Assembly: GCA_035389045.1 (NCBI GenBank)
Contig: DAOORA010000033.1
Coordinates: 1 to 47,525, forward strand
Source: Bacteroidales bacterium
GTDB lineage: Bacteria; Bacteroidota; Bacteroidia; Bacteroidales; CAIWKO01
Length of the DNA: 47,525 nucleotides
Direction: 5' to 3'
Below are positions 29,401 to 39,067 of the stretch, in pieces; position 1 is the first letter of the stretch; each line of letters opens with the position of its first letter. Below the pieces are notes generated by a model. It did not search any database and was not told the origin of the DNA. It was given only the letters and a program-made list of their open reading frames with translations. A program made the position numbers and the translations under genes.

Positions 29401-32400
29401 ACGGTGGTGGGGCAGGCAAATTCGGCCAGTGCCATTACCGTTGGGGCAGCTAATTTTTCTTACATGGATCCCGTAACTCATCAATGCCATGACACTCCTG
29501 TTTACACAGCGTCTTTTTCTTCAAGAGGAGGAACAGTTATGAACAGTGTGGACAGGCATAAACCAGACTTTGTAGCGCCAAACGGCTTCAAAACCACGGT
29601 CAATCTTGGAGGAATGAAATGTGCCGGTGATATCTCGTCTTCTTATAATTTCTATGGCACATCGGCTGCCGCCCCGCATGCAGCTGCCGTTGGGGCATTG
29701 CTGCAGCAGGCAAAAAAGAAATATTATGACCAGTCGTTTACTCCGGAGCAGATCCGTTCAATTCTTCAGAGTACCGCAGCGGATATGGATGCTCCCGGCT
29801 ATGATGTTAATTCTGGTTATGGACTTATTGATGCTTATGCAGCATTATCTGCTTTCGCAGCACCAACTCCCAACCTAATTTCACTTGACGTTCCTGCCGG
29901 TATCACCCCCGGAACGGTGTCATTTACTTTGACCGTAACCGGGCAATTCTTCACCAATAACAGCATAATTTATTTCCGCGATATTGCATTGACAACAACG
30001 TTCATTGATGACACTCATCTTTCTGCAGTCATTCCTGATTTTGTGGGCAATCCTCCAATAAAAGTTTTTAACCCTGCAATTACTCCGGATTCACTTGATG
30101 GCGGATTTTCCAATACACTTTATTTCTTTGCGCCGGTTCGTAAAAATGTGCTTATCAGAGCAGATAATAAGGTGAAAAAATTCGGAGAAGCGCTTCCGTT
30201 ATTCACAGCCACAGTGACTGTTGATGGTCATTCACCAGAAAATGAAGGACTGACGTTAAACGATTTAGATCTTGACACGATTCATTATACCCTTCCTGCA
30301 GGTATAAGTAGCATGAGCGATGTGGGGCAATATTTCATTGATCCCGGCGCTGGTCCTTTTGGTACTGAATTGACTGAACTTTACAATTATATTTTCATCA
30401 CACATTCAAATTACTATAATTACGGTTTTACTTCGCCCGGTTTGCTTACCATAAACAAAATGCCGCTTTTAATTACTCCAAATGACAAAACTGTTTTGTT
30501 TGGAGACAAGATAGACGGAACAGAATTTACGTATACATATTCATACGATACATCCGGTATTGCACAAGGAGATCTGGCCGGATTCCTGAATAACCTGAAG
30601 AATATTTACGAGCCATCTATTGCAAAGGAAATTGTATTGATCGATGACAGAGATCTATATAACGGTGCCACTTTAAGCGAGGCAGATCTTGCAAATCTTG
30701 CCTTCATATCAGGAAGTAGGGGTATCGCAAACGGGAGCAGAGGTATTGCAAACGGAAGCAGAGGCATTGCTAACGGTACTACACCTGATACTACTTACGT
30801 TGTGGACATCACTTATCAATCCCTGTTTGAGTATAATATAAACGACAGTGCTGCTTACTTATATGATTCTGTACTTATGATTAACGGTTCACGTGGAATA
30901 GTTAATGGTTCACGGGGAATCGTAAACAGCGAGTCTCTGGTGGACGGTAGCGCATTGATAAATGGCAGCCGTGGAATTGCAAATGGGTCAAGGGGAATTG
31001 CGAACGGTAGCCGCGGTATTGTTAATAACGAGGAGTTAGATGGTGTTAGCAACACAAATACGGCAGTTATTATTCATGAAGCTGACCTGGATACTCCTGA
31101 AAATCCTGATTCGGTATTCCAGTTGCTTTCAATAAGTGCTATAAGCGGCTTAACTTCAGGTGAACACTGGATTGTGCCCGGAGGATTTTTAAGTTCCAAT
31201 TTTGAAGTTCATTATGGGTTAGGCCATTTATTTATTGATCCTTATGAAATTAAAGTCCAGGTTAAAGATACATCTACATTATATGGCACAGCTCCTTCAT
31301 TTACATCAGTGATTTCGGGTTATCAATATGACGACAATGCATCAACTGTATTTACAGGTAATATTATATATACGCCACCAGGCAACACCCTGTTCACTGT
31401 TGGAACTCATACCATTACTCCGGGCGGATTAACATTGATACAACCCACAAATTATTACCTTATTTATGTGAATGGTATATTGAACGTAACTCCACTTACA
31501 GAATATTGCACTTACGGACAGGGCTTCTGGGGAAATGCAGGGAATATGGACTGTTCAGGCAATACTGTTACCACCATTATACCTGCCTTGTTAACTACAG
31601 CTTTAGTAAACGGCTGCGGTACACGAAAAATTACCATAGGCACTACTGAGGCGACATGTCTTATAGATAAACTTCCCTCTGGCGGGCCATCAGAGAAACT
31701 TCCTGTCGGAGATGTTAGTTGTGCAAATGCTACAGGTAACCAGTACCTTAAAAATGGCAGATTTAAGAGTAACCTTCTCGGTCAGGAAATGGCCCTGGCG
31801 TTATCAGTACGTCTGCAACCAGCACTGGGTTCATTGCGTATCACCGGTCAGTTTATTACAACCAGTGCTGCCTCTGCCTGTGTTAACGGGCTTCCTGTAC
31901 AAGGTACAAAACATACTTATGAACTAAAAAAATCAGTGATAAATTATCTCAGCACAAACAATACCGTTTGGGATCTCATAAAAATTGCCAACCAGGGACT
32001 TGGCGATGCTCTTCCCCCCCATGCTCCGTCACTTAATGACATTGGAAGCACGATCAATGCATTATTAAATGCCTTTGCCAACTGCAAAATCCTTGATGGA
32101 TTCTCGAATAAAAAAAGTTTGATGGCAGAAGTGGACGAAGCCACCGAAAGTTCTAACAATAGTTTGTTTATACATCCAAATCCGACTTCAGGCAACACAA
32201 CCATTTCCTTTTTAGCTGTTGATGGAAACGAGGCAACAATTGATATATATAGTGTCTGCGGCTCACATGTATCAAGGGTTCTGTGTGGCACTATTTCAGA
32301 AAACGGAATTTATTCTGTTGAAGTGGATTGTTCTTCCTTTTCCAAAGGATTATATTTTATACGACTTATGGTTGATGGAGAAACATCTGTTGGCAAATTG

Positions 32401-32415
32401 GTTATTATTCAATAA
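26419..32415 (+). CDS. T9SS-secreted multidomain subtilase (1998 aa): internalin-like LRRs, Ig-like domains, S8/S53-like protease, MBG-like domains, CTD
   Basis: Signal peptide FA|Q. LRRs (L-CNNNQLTSLDVS). VKVGVLSDS, DEGRAMLQIIHDIAP, IICDD, TAAGN, FSSRG, KPDFVAP, FYGTSAAAPH. C-terminal IHPNP...KGLYFIRL...KLVIIQ. Confidence 0.88.
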   Translation: MKKNIITLATILVLTGWINMTFAQNVYIPDINFKAVLVSDSNINTNHDGEIQFSEANSFLGTLYVYNSNISDLTGIEAFTNISVLNCAMNNLSSLDLTYNTALVNLSCNNNQLTSIDVLHCAALTSIDCNNNLLTSLDVSVCTALMLLNCSNNQITALDLSANTALTVLSVHFNQLSGLNVSSHTAITNLSCNNNLLTSIDISGCSALTALECGINQLTSLDVSTNTDLIQLYCYQNQITSLDVSNNPYLTELVAYVNYLTALDISANTSVNNLWCYSNHLTSLNVKNGNNDNFTFFRAANNPNLKCIQVDDAVWANANWANYKDAGAIFTEYPALTASVSISVNPPATVCPGTDVTFTATPINGGISPTFQWLVNGNNVGSNSSVYSDSTLENYDQVRCIMYSSETCLIANPVYDSVIVSIFPSVAVNPGTYGPVCTNTAPFELNGIPPAGIFYGPGVTDSMFYPLLAQPGSHNILYEYNDGNCTYTASANIIVYNPPLVSAGQDITMVCTDSIAILNGFSSDSLVNYYWVAEDTSAIILNANTQTATVYSPGKYILTVLNNLTGCYACDTVQVFPDTCGIQPYYPPPPNGKNDSLIGPELSQLYLYPQNMDSVENVFMLAGDSVYIEVIIIQGQENSARTMLQSLGMTDTVQHGDSTLVVSGKFPIGNLPQLNQYPELFVYARPMFPPIASSGIAYTLGDSFQHSDIGRSAFGLDGQGVKVGVLSDSYRTIPGRPDSTDVLNGDLPGFGNPDTNLVPVQILKDYPYGRRTDEGRAMLQIIHDIAPKSTLAFRTGFLTPENFALGIRELQASGCNIICDDITYITEPFFTDGAVAEAVNDVTALGVAYFTAAGNFNSNSYEATFSPVSTPSGITGFAHDFGGGDIFQSVTLAPGNYTIVLQWEDDFYSLSKSATGAANDFDIYLTDDAGKILLGYNRVNIGNDPYEVLPVSVRSSTNANIMIVRANPVGANARLKYIVYRGNLTQNEYLTGTSTVVGQANSASAITVGAANFSYMDPVTHQCHDTPVYTASFSSRGGTVMNSVDRHKPDFVAPNGFKTTVNLGGMKCAGDISSSYNFYGTSAAAPHAAAVGALLQQAKKKYYDQSFTPEQIRSILQSTAADMDAPGYDVNSGYGLIDAYAALSAFAAPTPNLISLDVPAGITPGTVSFTLTVTGQFFTNNSIIYFRDIALTTTFIDDTHLSAVIPDFVGNPPIKVFNPAITPDSLDGGFSNTLYFFAPVRKNVLIRADNKVKKFGEALPLFTATVTVDGHSPENEGLTLNDLDLDTIHYTLPAGISSMSDVGQYFIDPGAGPFGTELTELYNYIFITHSNYYNYGFTSPGLLTINKMPLLITPNDKTVLFGDKIDGTEFTYTYSYDTSGIAQGDLAGFLNNLKNIYEPSIAKEIVLIDDRDLYNGATLSEADLANLAFISGSRGIANGSRGIANGSRGIANGTTPDTTYVVDITYQSLFEYNINDSAAYLYDSVLMINGSRGIVNGSRGIVNSESLVDGSALINGSRGIANGSRGIANGSRGIVNNEELDGVSNTNTAVIIHEADLDTPENPDSVFQLLSISAISGLTSGEHWIVPGGFLSSNFEVHYGLGHLFIDPYEIKVQVKDTSTLYGTAPSFTSVISGYQYDDNASTVFTGNIIYTPPGNTLFTVGTHTITPGGLTLIQPTNYYLIYVNGILNVTPLTEYCTYGQGFWGNAGNMDCSGNTVTTIIPALLTTALVNGCGTRKITIGTTEATCLIDKLPSGGPSEKLPVGDVSCANATGNQYLKNGRFKSNLLGQEMALALSVRLQPALGSLRITGQFITTSAASACVNGLPVQGTKHTYELKKSVINYLSTNNTVWDLIKIANQGLGDALPPHAPSLNDIGSTINALLNAFANCKILDGFSNKKSLMAEVDEATESSNNSLFIHPNPTSGNTTISFLAVDGNEATIDIYSVCGSHVSRVLCGTISENGIYSVEVDCSSFSKGLYFIRLMVDGETSVGKLVIIQ

Positions 32416-32435
32416 TAACCTCAATTATTTTATCT

Positions 32436-34397
32436 ATGCATACAAAATCGGATAAGCCATTTTCCATGGTAATATTTAAAATTTTTTGGTGTATACCTAT
32501 CTTCTTTTATTATAGTATTTGCGTTGCACAGCAGAACCGTACTGACAGTTTGAAAAAAATAATCGCGACTGCAAAGGACGACACAAACAAAGTCAATACA
32601 CTGATCGATCTGAGCCAAAATTATCTGAATACCGACACTAAAACAGCGTTAATTTATGCTATGCAGGCAAAAGATCTGGCCGAAAAACTTAATTTCCAAA
32701 ACGGCAAAGGATGGGCTTTAAAGAAGATAGGGCAGGTTTATAATATACAGAGCGACTATGTAAATGCCTTACAGGCATGGAAAGAGGCACTGAAAATTTT
32801 TGAGGTAAGCGGGAACAAACTTGGCACTTCAAATATGCTCAACAATATCGGTGTTATTTACTACAATAAAAGCATGGAAGACAGCGCACAGGATTATTAT
32901 CTGAAATCGTTGAAGGTGGCCGAAGAAATAAAAGACACATTTAGAATTGCGACTGCTCTTACCAATGTAGGAGGTGTTTATAGTAATAAACCTGCCACTT
33001 ACGAAAAAGCGATGCAATTTCACCGCAATGCTTTATTGCTCAGCATTGCCATTGGCGACAGCGAACTGATCGGAAACAGCAACGGTAATATCGGTGAACT
33101 GTTTGTAAGTATGCAAAAACGTAACACGAGCAGTAACAGGTATTTGGATTCTGCTCTGGTTTATCTCAAAAGAGCGTGTAATTTTTATTCACATTCTATA
33201 AATCAATCTTATGCATTGGTTGTTATCGGAAAAGTTTATATGATAAAAAAAGATTTTGCCAATGCAGTTGACTATTTCAACCGGGGGTATGAAATGGCGA
33301 AAGTTTTTGATTCAAAACTTGATATGGCTCAGGCGCTTCTCGGTATTGCAGAAACCGACACCTGTAAAGGAGACTTCAAATCAGCCATAGATGTTTATAC
33401 CGAAGCTGAAGCAATGTTCAAAGATATAGGCCTGGAGGAAAGTTATGATCTGGAAAAAGTATACCAGGGACTTGCAACTTCTTACTTTTCATTAGGTGAT
33501 TTTAAAAATGCATATAAATATCAGTCTTTGCTTATTGATGTTAAGAAAGCCATCTATAATCTTGAGGTCGATAAAAAACTCGGAACTAAATTATTTGCAT
33601 ACGATATTGAAAAAAAACAGGGCGAAATTAATTTGCAGCAGGAAGTTATTTCGCGCCAGAAACTCATCCGCAACGGGTTCATAGGCGGTTTTGCCGTAGT
33701 GCTTTTATTTGCCGTAATATTTTTATCGCAACGCAACAAGATAAAAAAAGGCAAAAAACGCAGCGATGAACTGCTGCTTAATATTTTACCCGAAAAAGTA
33801 GCTGAAGAACTTAAAGTGAAAGGCAGCGCCGAAGCGAAACTGATCGATGAAGTATCGGTGTTGTTTACCGATTTTAAAGGTTTTACAGCTTATTCGGAAA
33901 AAATGACCCCGAAAGAACTGGTGAAGGATATTCATGAATGTTTCTCTGCTTTCGATCATATCATGGAGAAATACGGAATGGAAAAGATAAAAACCATAGG
34001 TGATTCGTATATGGCTGCCGGCGGATTGCCCACACCAAACAAAACACATGCTGAAGATGCTGTGAGAGCAGCGCTCGAAATAAGCCGGTTCATTGCAGAA
34101 GGTAAAGCCCGAAAAATTGAAATTGGTGCGCCTTACTTCGAAATACGTATCGGTATACATACCGGGCCTGTTGTTGCAGGCATCGTTGGCGTAAAGAAAT
34201 TCGCGTATGATATTTGGGGCGATACGGTAAATACTGCCAGCCGAATGGAAAGCAGCGGTGATGTGGGGCAGGTAAACATCAGCGGCGCCACTTATGAACT
34301 GGTGAAAGATAAATTCGCTTGTACATATAGGGGAAAAGTACAGGCAAAAGGCAAAGGCGAAATTGATATGTATTTTGTGGAAGGTATTTTATTGTGA
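32436..34397 (+). CDS. TPR-sensor, single-TM class III adenylate cyclase
   Basis: Signal-like N-terminus, TPR helices, TM segment, ELLLNILP, VLFTDFKGFT, EKIKTIGDSYM (Lys) and YDIWGDTVNTASRMES (Asp), the ATP-specifying residues. Confidence 0.9.
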   Translation: MHTKSDKPFSMVIFKIFWCIPIFFYYSICVAQQNRTDSLKKIIATAKDDTNKVNTLIDLSQNYLNTDTKTALIYAMQAKDLAEKLNFQNGKGWALKKIGQVYNIQSDYVNALQAWKEALKIFEVSGNKLGTSNMLNNIGVIYYNKSMEDSAQDYYLKSLKVAEEIKDTFRIATALTNVGGVYSNKPATYEKAMQFHRNALLLSIAIGDSELIGNSNGNIGELFVSMQKRNTSSNRYLDSALVYLKRACNFYSHSINQSYALVVIGKVYMIKKDFANAVDYFNRGYEMAKVFDSKLDMAQALLGIAETDTCKGDFKSAIDVYTEAEAMFKDIGLEESYDLEKVYQGLATSYFSLGDFKNAYKYQSLLIDVKKAIYNLEVDKKLGTKLFAYDIEKKQGEINLQQEVISRQKLIRNGFIGGFAVVLLFAVIFLSQRNKIKKGKKRSDELLLNILPEKVAEELKVKGSAEAKLIDEVSVLFTDFKGFTAYSEKMTPKELVKDIHECFSAFDHIMEKYGMEKIKTIGDSYMAAGGLPTPNKTHAEDAVRAALEISRFIAEGKARKIEIGAPYFEIRIGIHTGPVVAGIVGVKKFAYDIWGDTVNTASRMESSGDVGQVNISGATYELVKDKFACTYRGKVQAKGKGEIDMYFVEGILL

Positions 34398-34547
34398 ATA
34401 ATGCGTTCGATAATAGGCAAACCATTCAGAGTCAATTTTGAAATTCGGTACTGGCAATATTTCATCAGTCCCTTTTTCTCAGGGCATTTGCAAGCTCTGC
34501 TATTGATTTTGCGACTTTAATAAGTGAGTTCAAACATAACCCTCATT

Positions 34548-34620
34548 GCTCCACACAGAGGAGCGTATGAAAGCAGTGTTAGCTGCCTTTATTGTTTGCA
34601 AAAACAAAAAGAGTTGATGT
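34548..34620 (+). repeat. Decayed copy of the tRNA-Ala 3' end plus terminator trailer
   Basis: 56/73 ungapped identities to 25783-25855 by manual alignment. Confidence 0.8.
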
Positions 34621-34655
34621 ATTATTTCAGCGATGGCATTATTTGGGGTTTTTGC

Positions 34656-34663
34656 TACATTTG
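34656..34663 (+). promoter_or_regulatory. -7 promoter element (TACATTTG) of topB
   Basis: TAnnTTTG 23 bp upstream of the ATG. Confidence 0.55.
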
Positions 34664-34686
34664 TAATTTGAAAATCAGCATGAACA

Positions 34687-36852
34687 ATGAAGGTCTGTAT
34701 AGCCGAAAAACCCAGCGTAGCTAAGGAACTTGCCCGTATTTTGCAGGCCGGTACGCGAAAAGACGGATATTTTGAAGGAAATGGTTATCAGGTGACATGG
34801 ACCTTCGGACATTTGTGCATGCTCAAAAATCCCGATGATTACACTCCCGACTGGAAATTCTGGCGCATGAATGCCCTGCCCATGATCCCGCCGCGTTTTG
34901 GTATAAAACTCATTGAAAATGATGGCGTTAAAAAACAGTTCGGCGTCATTAAAAAACTTGTCACGGAATGTGCTGAAGTAATAAATTGTGGTGATGCCGG
35001 AATGGAAGGAGAACTCATACAACGCTGGGTGCTGACAAAAGCCGAATGCTCAAAACCAATGAAACGCCTATGGATATCTTCGATGACCGATGAGGCAATC
35101 AGAGAAGGTTTTGAAAAGCTCAGGGAGGGAAATGATTTCGATCGCCTGTACATGGCCGGTAATGCCCGTGCTATTTGCGACTGGCTGCTCGGGATGAACG
35201 CCAGCCGTTTGTACACTTTGAAGTATGCCGGCGGGAAGGGCGTATTATCCATAGGAAGAGTACAGACGCCGACACTGGCGCTGATCGTCCGCCGCTTTGA
35301 GGAGATTCAGAATTTTGTATCCAAACCTTATTGGGAAATAAAAACCAGGTACAGGGACGTAAATTTTACTTATACCAAAGGCCGTTTTGAAACGGTTGAG
35401 GAAGCCGCCCGCATCATCGAAGATATTAAACCCCATTTATTCGAAATAGTCTCTTTTGAACAGAAAAAAGGAAGTGAAGCACCACCCAGGTTGTTCGACC
35501 TGACAGCATTACAGGTTGAATGTAATAAAAAATTCAGTTTTACAGCCGAAGACACGTTAAAGTATATTCAAAACCTTTACGAAAAGAAAATGGTGTCCTA
35601 CCCGCGCGTGGACACCACTTTTCTGCCTGATGATATGTATCCCAAGATAAAAGATATTTTGAAAAATATGGAACCTTATGCCAATTTTATTGCGCCATTG
35701 CTTGAAAAGCCTATCAGAAAAACAAAAAAAGTTTTTGACAATGCCAAAGTTACCGATCACCATGCAATCATTCCTACAGGGATAAAGCCTTCAAGCCTTA
35801 TCTACGAGGAGAAAAGAGTTTATGACCTCATTGCACGCCGGTTTATAGCGGCCTTCTATCCCGACTGTATCGTATCAAACACTACCGTCACAGGAAAGGT
35901 TCTCGCTTATGAATTCAAAGCTACTGGCAAAGTCATTCTTGACGACGGCTGGCGCGTGCTGTATCCCAAAAAAGAAAACGAAAAAGACGCAGAAACAGAA
36001 ACAACCGATGACCAGATCATGCCGGTTTTTGTGAAGGGTGAACAGGGCGAACACATTCCTGAACTGATCGAAAAACAAACTCAGCCCCCTAAGATGCATA
36101 CGGAAGCCACCCTGCTCAGAGCCATGGAAACTGCAGGCAAACAGGTGGAAGATGAGGAGCTCAGGGAACTTATGAAAGTAAACGGCATCGGACGCCCTTC
36201 AACACGTGCTAATATCATTGAAACCTTGTTCAAAAGAAAATATATAATCCGCGAAAAGAAAAACCTTGTGCCAACACAAACCGGTATCGGGCTGATAAAC
36301 ACTATCCAGAATGAACTTCTGAAATCGGTGGAACTAACCGGACAGTGGGAAAGAAAACTTCGGCTGATTGAAAAAGGTGAATATGATCCAAAAAGTTTTC
36401 TTGAAGAAATGAAGGGTATGGTCAGGCTCTTGGTTGAAGAAGTGAAACGTGAAAATTACAAAACAATATATATTGAACAGGATGTAAAACCTGAAGAAAA
36501 TAATCCGGAAAAGGCAGAACCCCCCAAATTAGCTGAAAAAGAAAAAAACACGGCAAAAAAAGATAGTGATAAAAATACGGATTGGACTGCCGTATCCTGC
36601 CCGAAATGCGGAAAAGGCAAAATCCTGAAAGGGAAAACAGCTTATGGCTGCAGCGAATATAAAAACGGATGTGCCTTCAAAGTTTTGTTTGAACAATACG
36701 GGAAACAACTTACCGAAAAACAAATTTATGCTTTGATCCTCAAAGGTAAATCTCCTAAAATAAAAGGTTTGCATGTCAATGGGAAAATCATTGATTCGGT
36801 CTTGATTTGGGATAATATGTTTAATATAGTTCCCCATCCCCCCTTACCATGA
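34687..36852 (+). CDS. topB: DNA topoisomerase III (type IA)
   Basis: IAEKPSVA, TWTFGHL, CGDAGMEGELI, GRVQTPTL, catalytic SYPRVD, TDHHAIIPT, GIGRPSTRA, C-terminal CPKC...C...C zinc ribbon. Confidence 0.93.
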   Translation: MKVCIAEKPSVAKELARILQAGTRKDGYFEGNGYQVTWTFGHLCMLKNPDDYTPDWKFWRMNALPMIPPRFGIKLIENDGVKKQFGVIKKLVTECAEVINCGDAGMEGELIQRWVLTKAECSKPMKRLWISSMTDEAIREGFEKLREGNDFDRLYMAGNARAICDWLLGMNASRLYTLKYAGGKGVLSIGRVQTPTLALIVRRFEEIQNFVSKPYWEIKTRYRDVNFTYTKGRFETVEEAARIIEDIKPHLFEIVSFEQKKGSEAPPRLFDLTALQVECNKKFSFTAEDTLKYIQNLYEKKMVSYPRVDTTFLPDDMYPKIKDILKNMEPYANFIAPLLEKPIRKTKKVFDNAKVTDHHAIIPTGIKPSSLIYEEKRVYDLIARRFIAAFYPDCIVSNTTVTGKVLAYEFKATGKVILDDGWRVLYPKKENEKDAETETTDDQIMPVFVKGEQGEHIPELIEKQTQPPKMHTEATLLRAMETAGKQVEDEELRELMKVNGIGRPSTRANIIETLFKRKYIIREKKNLVPTQTGIGLINTIQNELLKSVELTGQWERKLRLIEKGEYDPKSFLEEMKGMVRLLVEEVKRENYKTIYIEQDVKPEENNPEKAEPPKLAEKEKNTAKKDSDKNTDWTAVSCPKCGKGKILKGKTAYGCSEYKNGCAFKVLFEQYGKQLTEKQIYALILKGKSPKIKGLHVNGKIIDSVLIWDNMFNIVPHPPLP

Positions 36853-36948
36853 TGCAGAATGACAATTTTTCTGATGGAAAACTAAGTTTTCTATTGATCT
36901 TACAAGGCTTTCATCTTTTCTGGTCCTTGATCAATCTGTGTTAATGAA

Positions 36949-38901
36949 ATGGATAAAACGAAAAAAAAACAGACATCTCCAATTAAACAACCTCAAAAGG
37001 AAACCAGGGGGGTATTCAGGCATCGTAAAATAATTACTGTCTCTCTTTCTGTCATTGTTTTATGTGTTATAACAGTCATGGTTTTCCAGCCGGGTTTCAA
37101 AGCCGGATTCACCAACTGGGACGACCCTGATTACGTACTTTCTAATACCTGCATACATAGTTTAAGTGCTGACCATATCCGTATCATGTTCACCGATGCT
37201 GTGGTTTTTAACTACCATCCGCTCACGCTTCTGTCCCTTGCCATTGACTTTTCCAGGGCTGGTATCAACAGCGCCACGGGCATGCCCGATCCTTATCCCT
37301 TTCATCAGACAAATATTATACTACATATTTTAAATACATTATTAGCTTTTTTATTGATTTTTAAACTGTCTGGCAGGAAAATTTTTGTGGCATTTTTTAC
37401 GGCTTTTCTTTTTGCTGTTCATCCTGTACATGTCGAATCTGTGGCCTGGATATCCGAAAGGAAAGATGTTCTATATGCCTTCTTTTTTCTCATTTCCTTA
37501 TTGTTTTACCTGCGTTATGCTGAAAATAATGAGGCACTGGCTTATGGACTCTCCTTGTTGTTCTTTATTTTATCATTGCTTTCCAAACCTGCTGCGGCGC
37601 CTGCCGGTCTGATCCTTTTTCTTATGGATTATTACCGCGGGCGCATTAAATTACCAGGTTTCAGAGTTTCAGAACATTTAAAACTTATTGTAGAAAAACT
37701 ACCTTTTATTCTTTTCGGCCTTGCTATTCTGTTACTTACTTTTAACATCCAGCAAAAGTCTGACACTGTGGCCGATTTCCGTTTTTTCAGCGTTCCGCAG
37801 CGCATATTTATTTCTTTTTACGGATTTTATATGTACCTGCAAAAACTCCTTATCCCAATCAATCTTTCTGCTTTCTATCCTTATCCCATCAAAGATATCC
37901 ATGACGGCATTCCGGTCAGTTTTTACATCACTTTTATTATGTCCCTGCTGATTCTGGCATTGACATTTATTTCTGTAAAAAAAACACGGGTTGTTTTTTT
38001 CGGGATACTGTTTTACCTGTTCATGCTGTTACCTGTGCTTCAGTTTGTTTCGGTCGGGAGTTCCATTATTTCGGAAAGATATACTTATGTTCCATATATC
38101 GGGATTTTTTTCATGGCTGGAATGGGATTGCACCATTTATGGAACAGCAGAAAAAAAATCATGCATAAACTCCATATACCTTTGATTATCATAATTGTAG
38201 CTTATCTTACGGTAATGGCAGTTTTAGCTGAAAGTCGGACTCATGTCTGGCATAACAGCGAAACATTATGGACGAATGTCCTTGAACAATTTCCTGATTT
38301 GCCTGCCGCATATAAAAATCGTGGTAATTACTATGCAAGCGAGGCCAATCAAGCAGATAAAGCGCTGAGCGACTATGAAAAATTTCTGAAACTTGACTCG
38401 ACCGACGCTTCGGCATATAGCAACCTGGGAAATATTTACTCTATGAAAGAAGAATACCAGAAAGCCATAAGCGTATATTCAAAATCTGTCTTTCTGGATA
38501 GTATTTCACAAAAACCGCCGCTGACCACCAGTTACAGTTTTAATAATTACTCCAACAGAGGCTTTTCGTACCTGAAAACCGGCCGCTACGTTCAGGCGTT
38601 AAAGGATTATTCTCTTTTGCTGCAGCGATTCCCCGATGATGAAAAGCTGCATTTTAACAGGGGGCTTGCACTGGCAAACACAGGTTCTTACAACGAAGCC
38701 GTGGCAGATTTTCTGGACTGTTTGCGTCTGGATGCGGACAGCCCCAATCATAGCGCTACCCTTTATAATTTGTCTTCCTGTTATTTTATGCTCGGTGATT
38801 TTACCCGTGCATCCGACTTTTTATTGCAGGCAAGATCAGCCGGTTATCCGGTTGATGATGCATATTTTAAACACGTTCAAAACAGGGCAGGGATAAAATA
38901 A
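36949..38901 (+). CDS. TMTC-like GT-C membrane glycosyltransferase with C-terminal TPRs (650 aa)
   Basis: First-loop NWDD, YHPLT, FAVHPVHVESVAWISERKD, LLSKP, SERYTY, W-NSETLW, followed by TPRs. Confidence 0.75.
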   Translation: MDKTKKKQTSPIKQPQKETRGVFRHRKIITVSLSVIVLCVITVMVFQPGFKAGFTNWDDPDYVLSNTCIHSLSADHIRIMFTDAVVFNYHPLTLLSLAIDFSRAGINSATGMPDPYPFHQTNIILHILNTLLAFLLIFKLSGRKIFVAFFTAFLFAVHPVHVESVAWISERKDVLYAFFFLISLLFYLRYAENNEALAYGLSLLFFILSLLSKPAAAPAGLILFLMDYYRGRIKLPGFRVSEHLKLIVEKLPFILFGLAILLLTFNIQQKSDTVADFRFFSVPQRIFISFYGFYMYLQKLLIPINLSAFYPYPIKDIHDGIPVSFYITFIMSLLILALTFISVKKTRVVFFGILFYLFMLLPVLQFVSVGSSIISERYTYVPYIGIFFMAGMGLHHLWNSRKKIMHKLHIPLIIIIVAYLTVMAVLAESRTHVWHNSETLWTNVLEQFPDLPAAYKNRGNYYASEANQADKALSDYEKFLKLDSTDASAYSNLGNIYSMKEEYQKAISVYSKSVFLDSISQKPPLTTSYSFNNYSNRGFSYLKTGRYVQALKDYSLLLQRFPDDEKLHFNRGLALANTGSYNEAVADFLDCLRLDADSPNHSATLYNLSSCYFMLGDFTRASDFLLQARSAGYPVDDAYFKHVQNRAGIK

Positions 38902-39067
38902 ACCTTTTTTATTCCGGAACCCTTTAAGCAACAGACTTTGGGCTATTTCCTGCTTTGTCTGTAAATGAAAGATGGTAAACACTGTACCCGGGCCGGCAGG
39001 CCGATGATGACTTCAAAGGAATCAGTCTGCCATGATGGCCGTTTCGTGCTGAAAAAATTAGTATCCG

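Noticed and set aside
32436..34397. Pycsar/CBASS-type defence cyclase
   Set aside because: It keeps the ATP-specifying Lys/Asp, has an extracytoplasmic TPR sensor plus TM helix, and has no adjacent effector. This is an ordinary Bacteroidota receptor-cyclase architecture.
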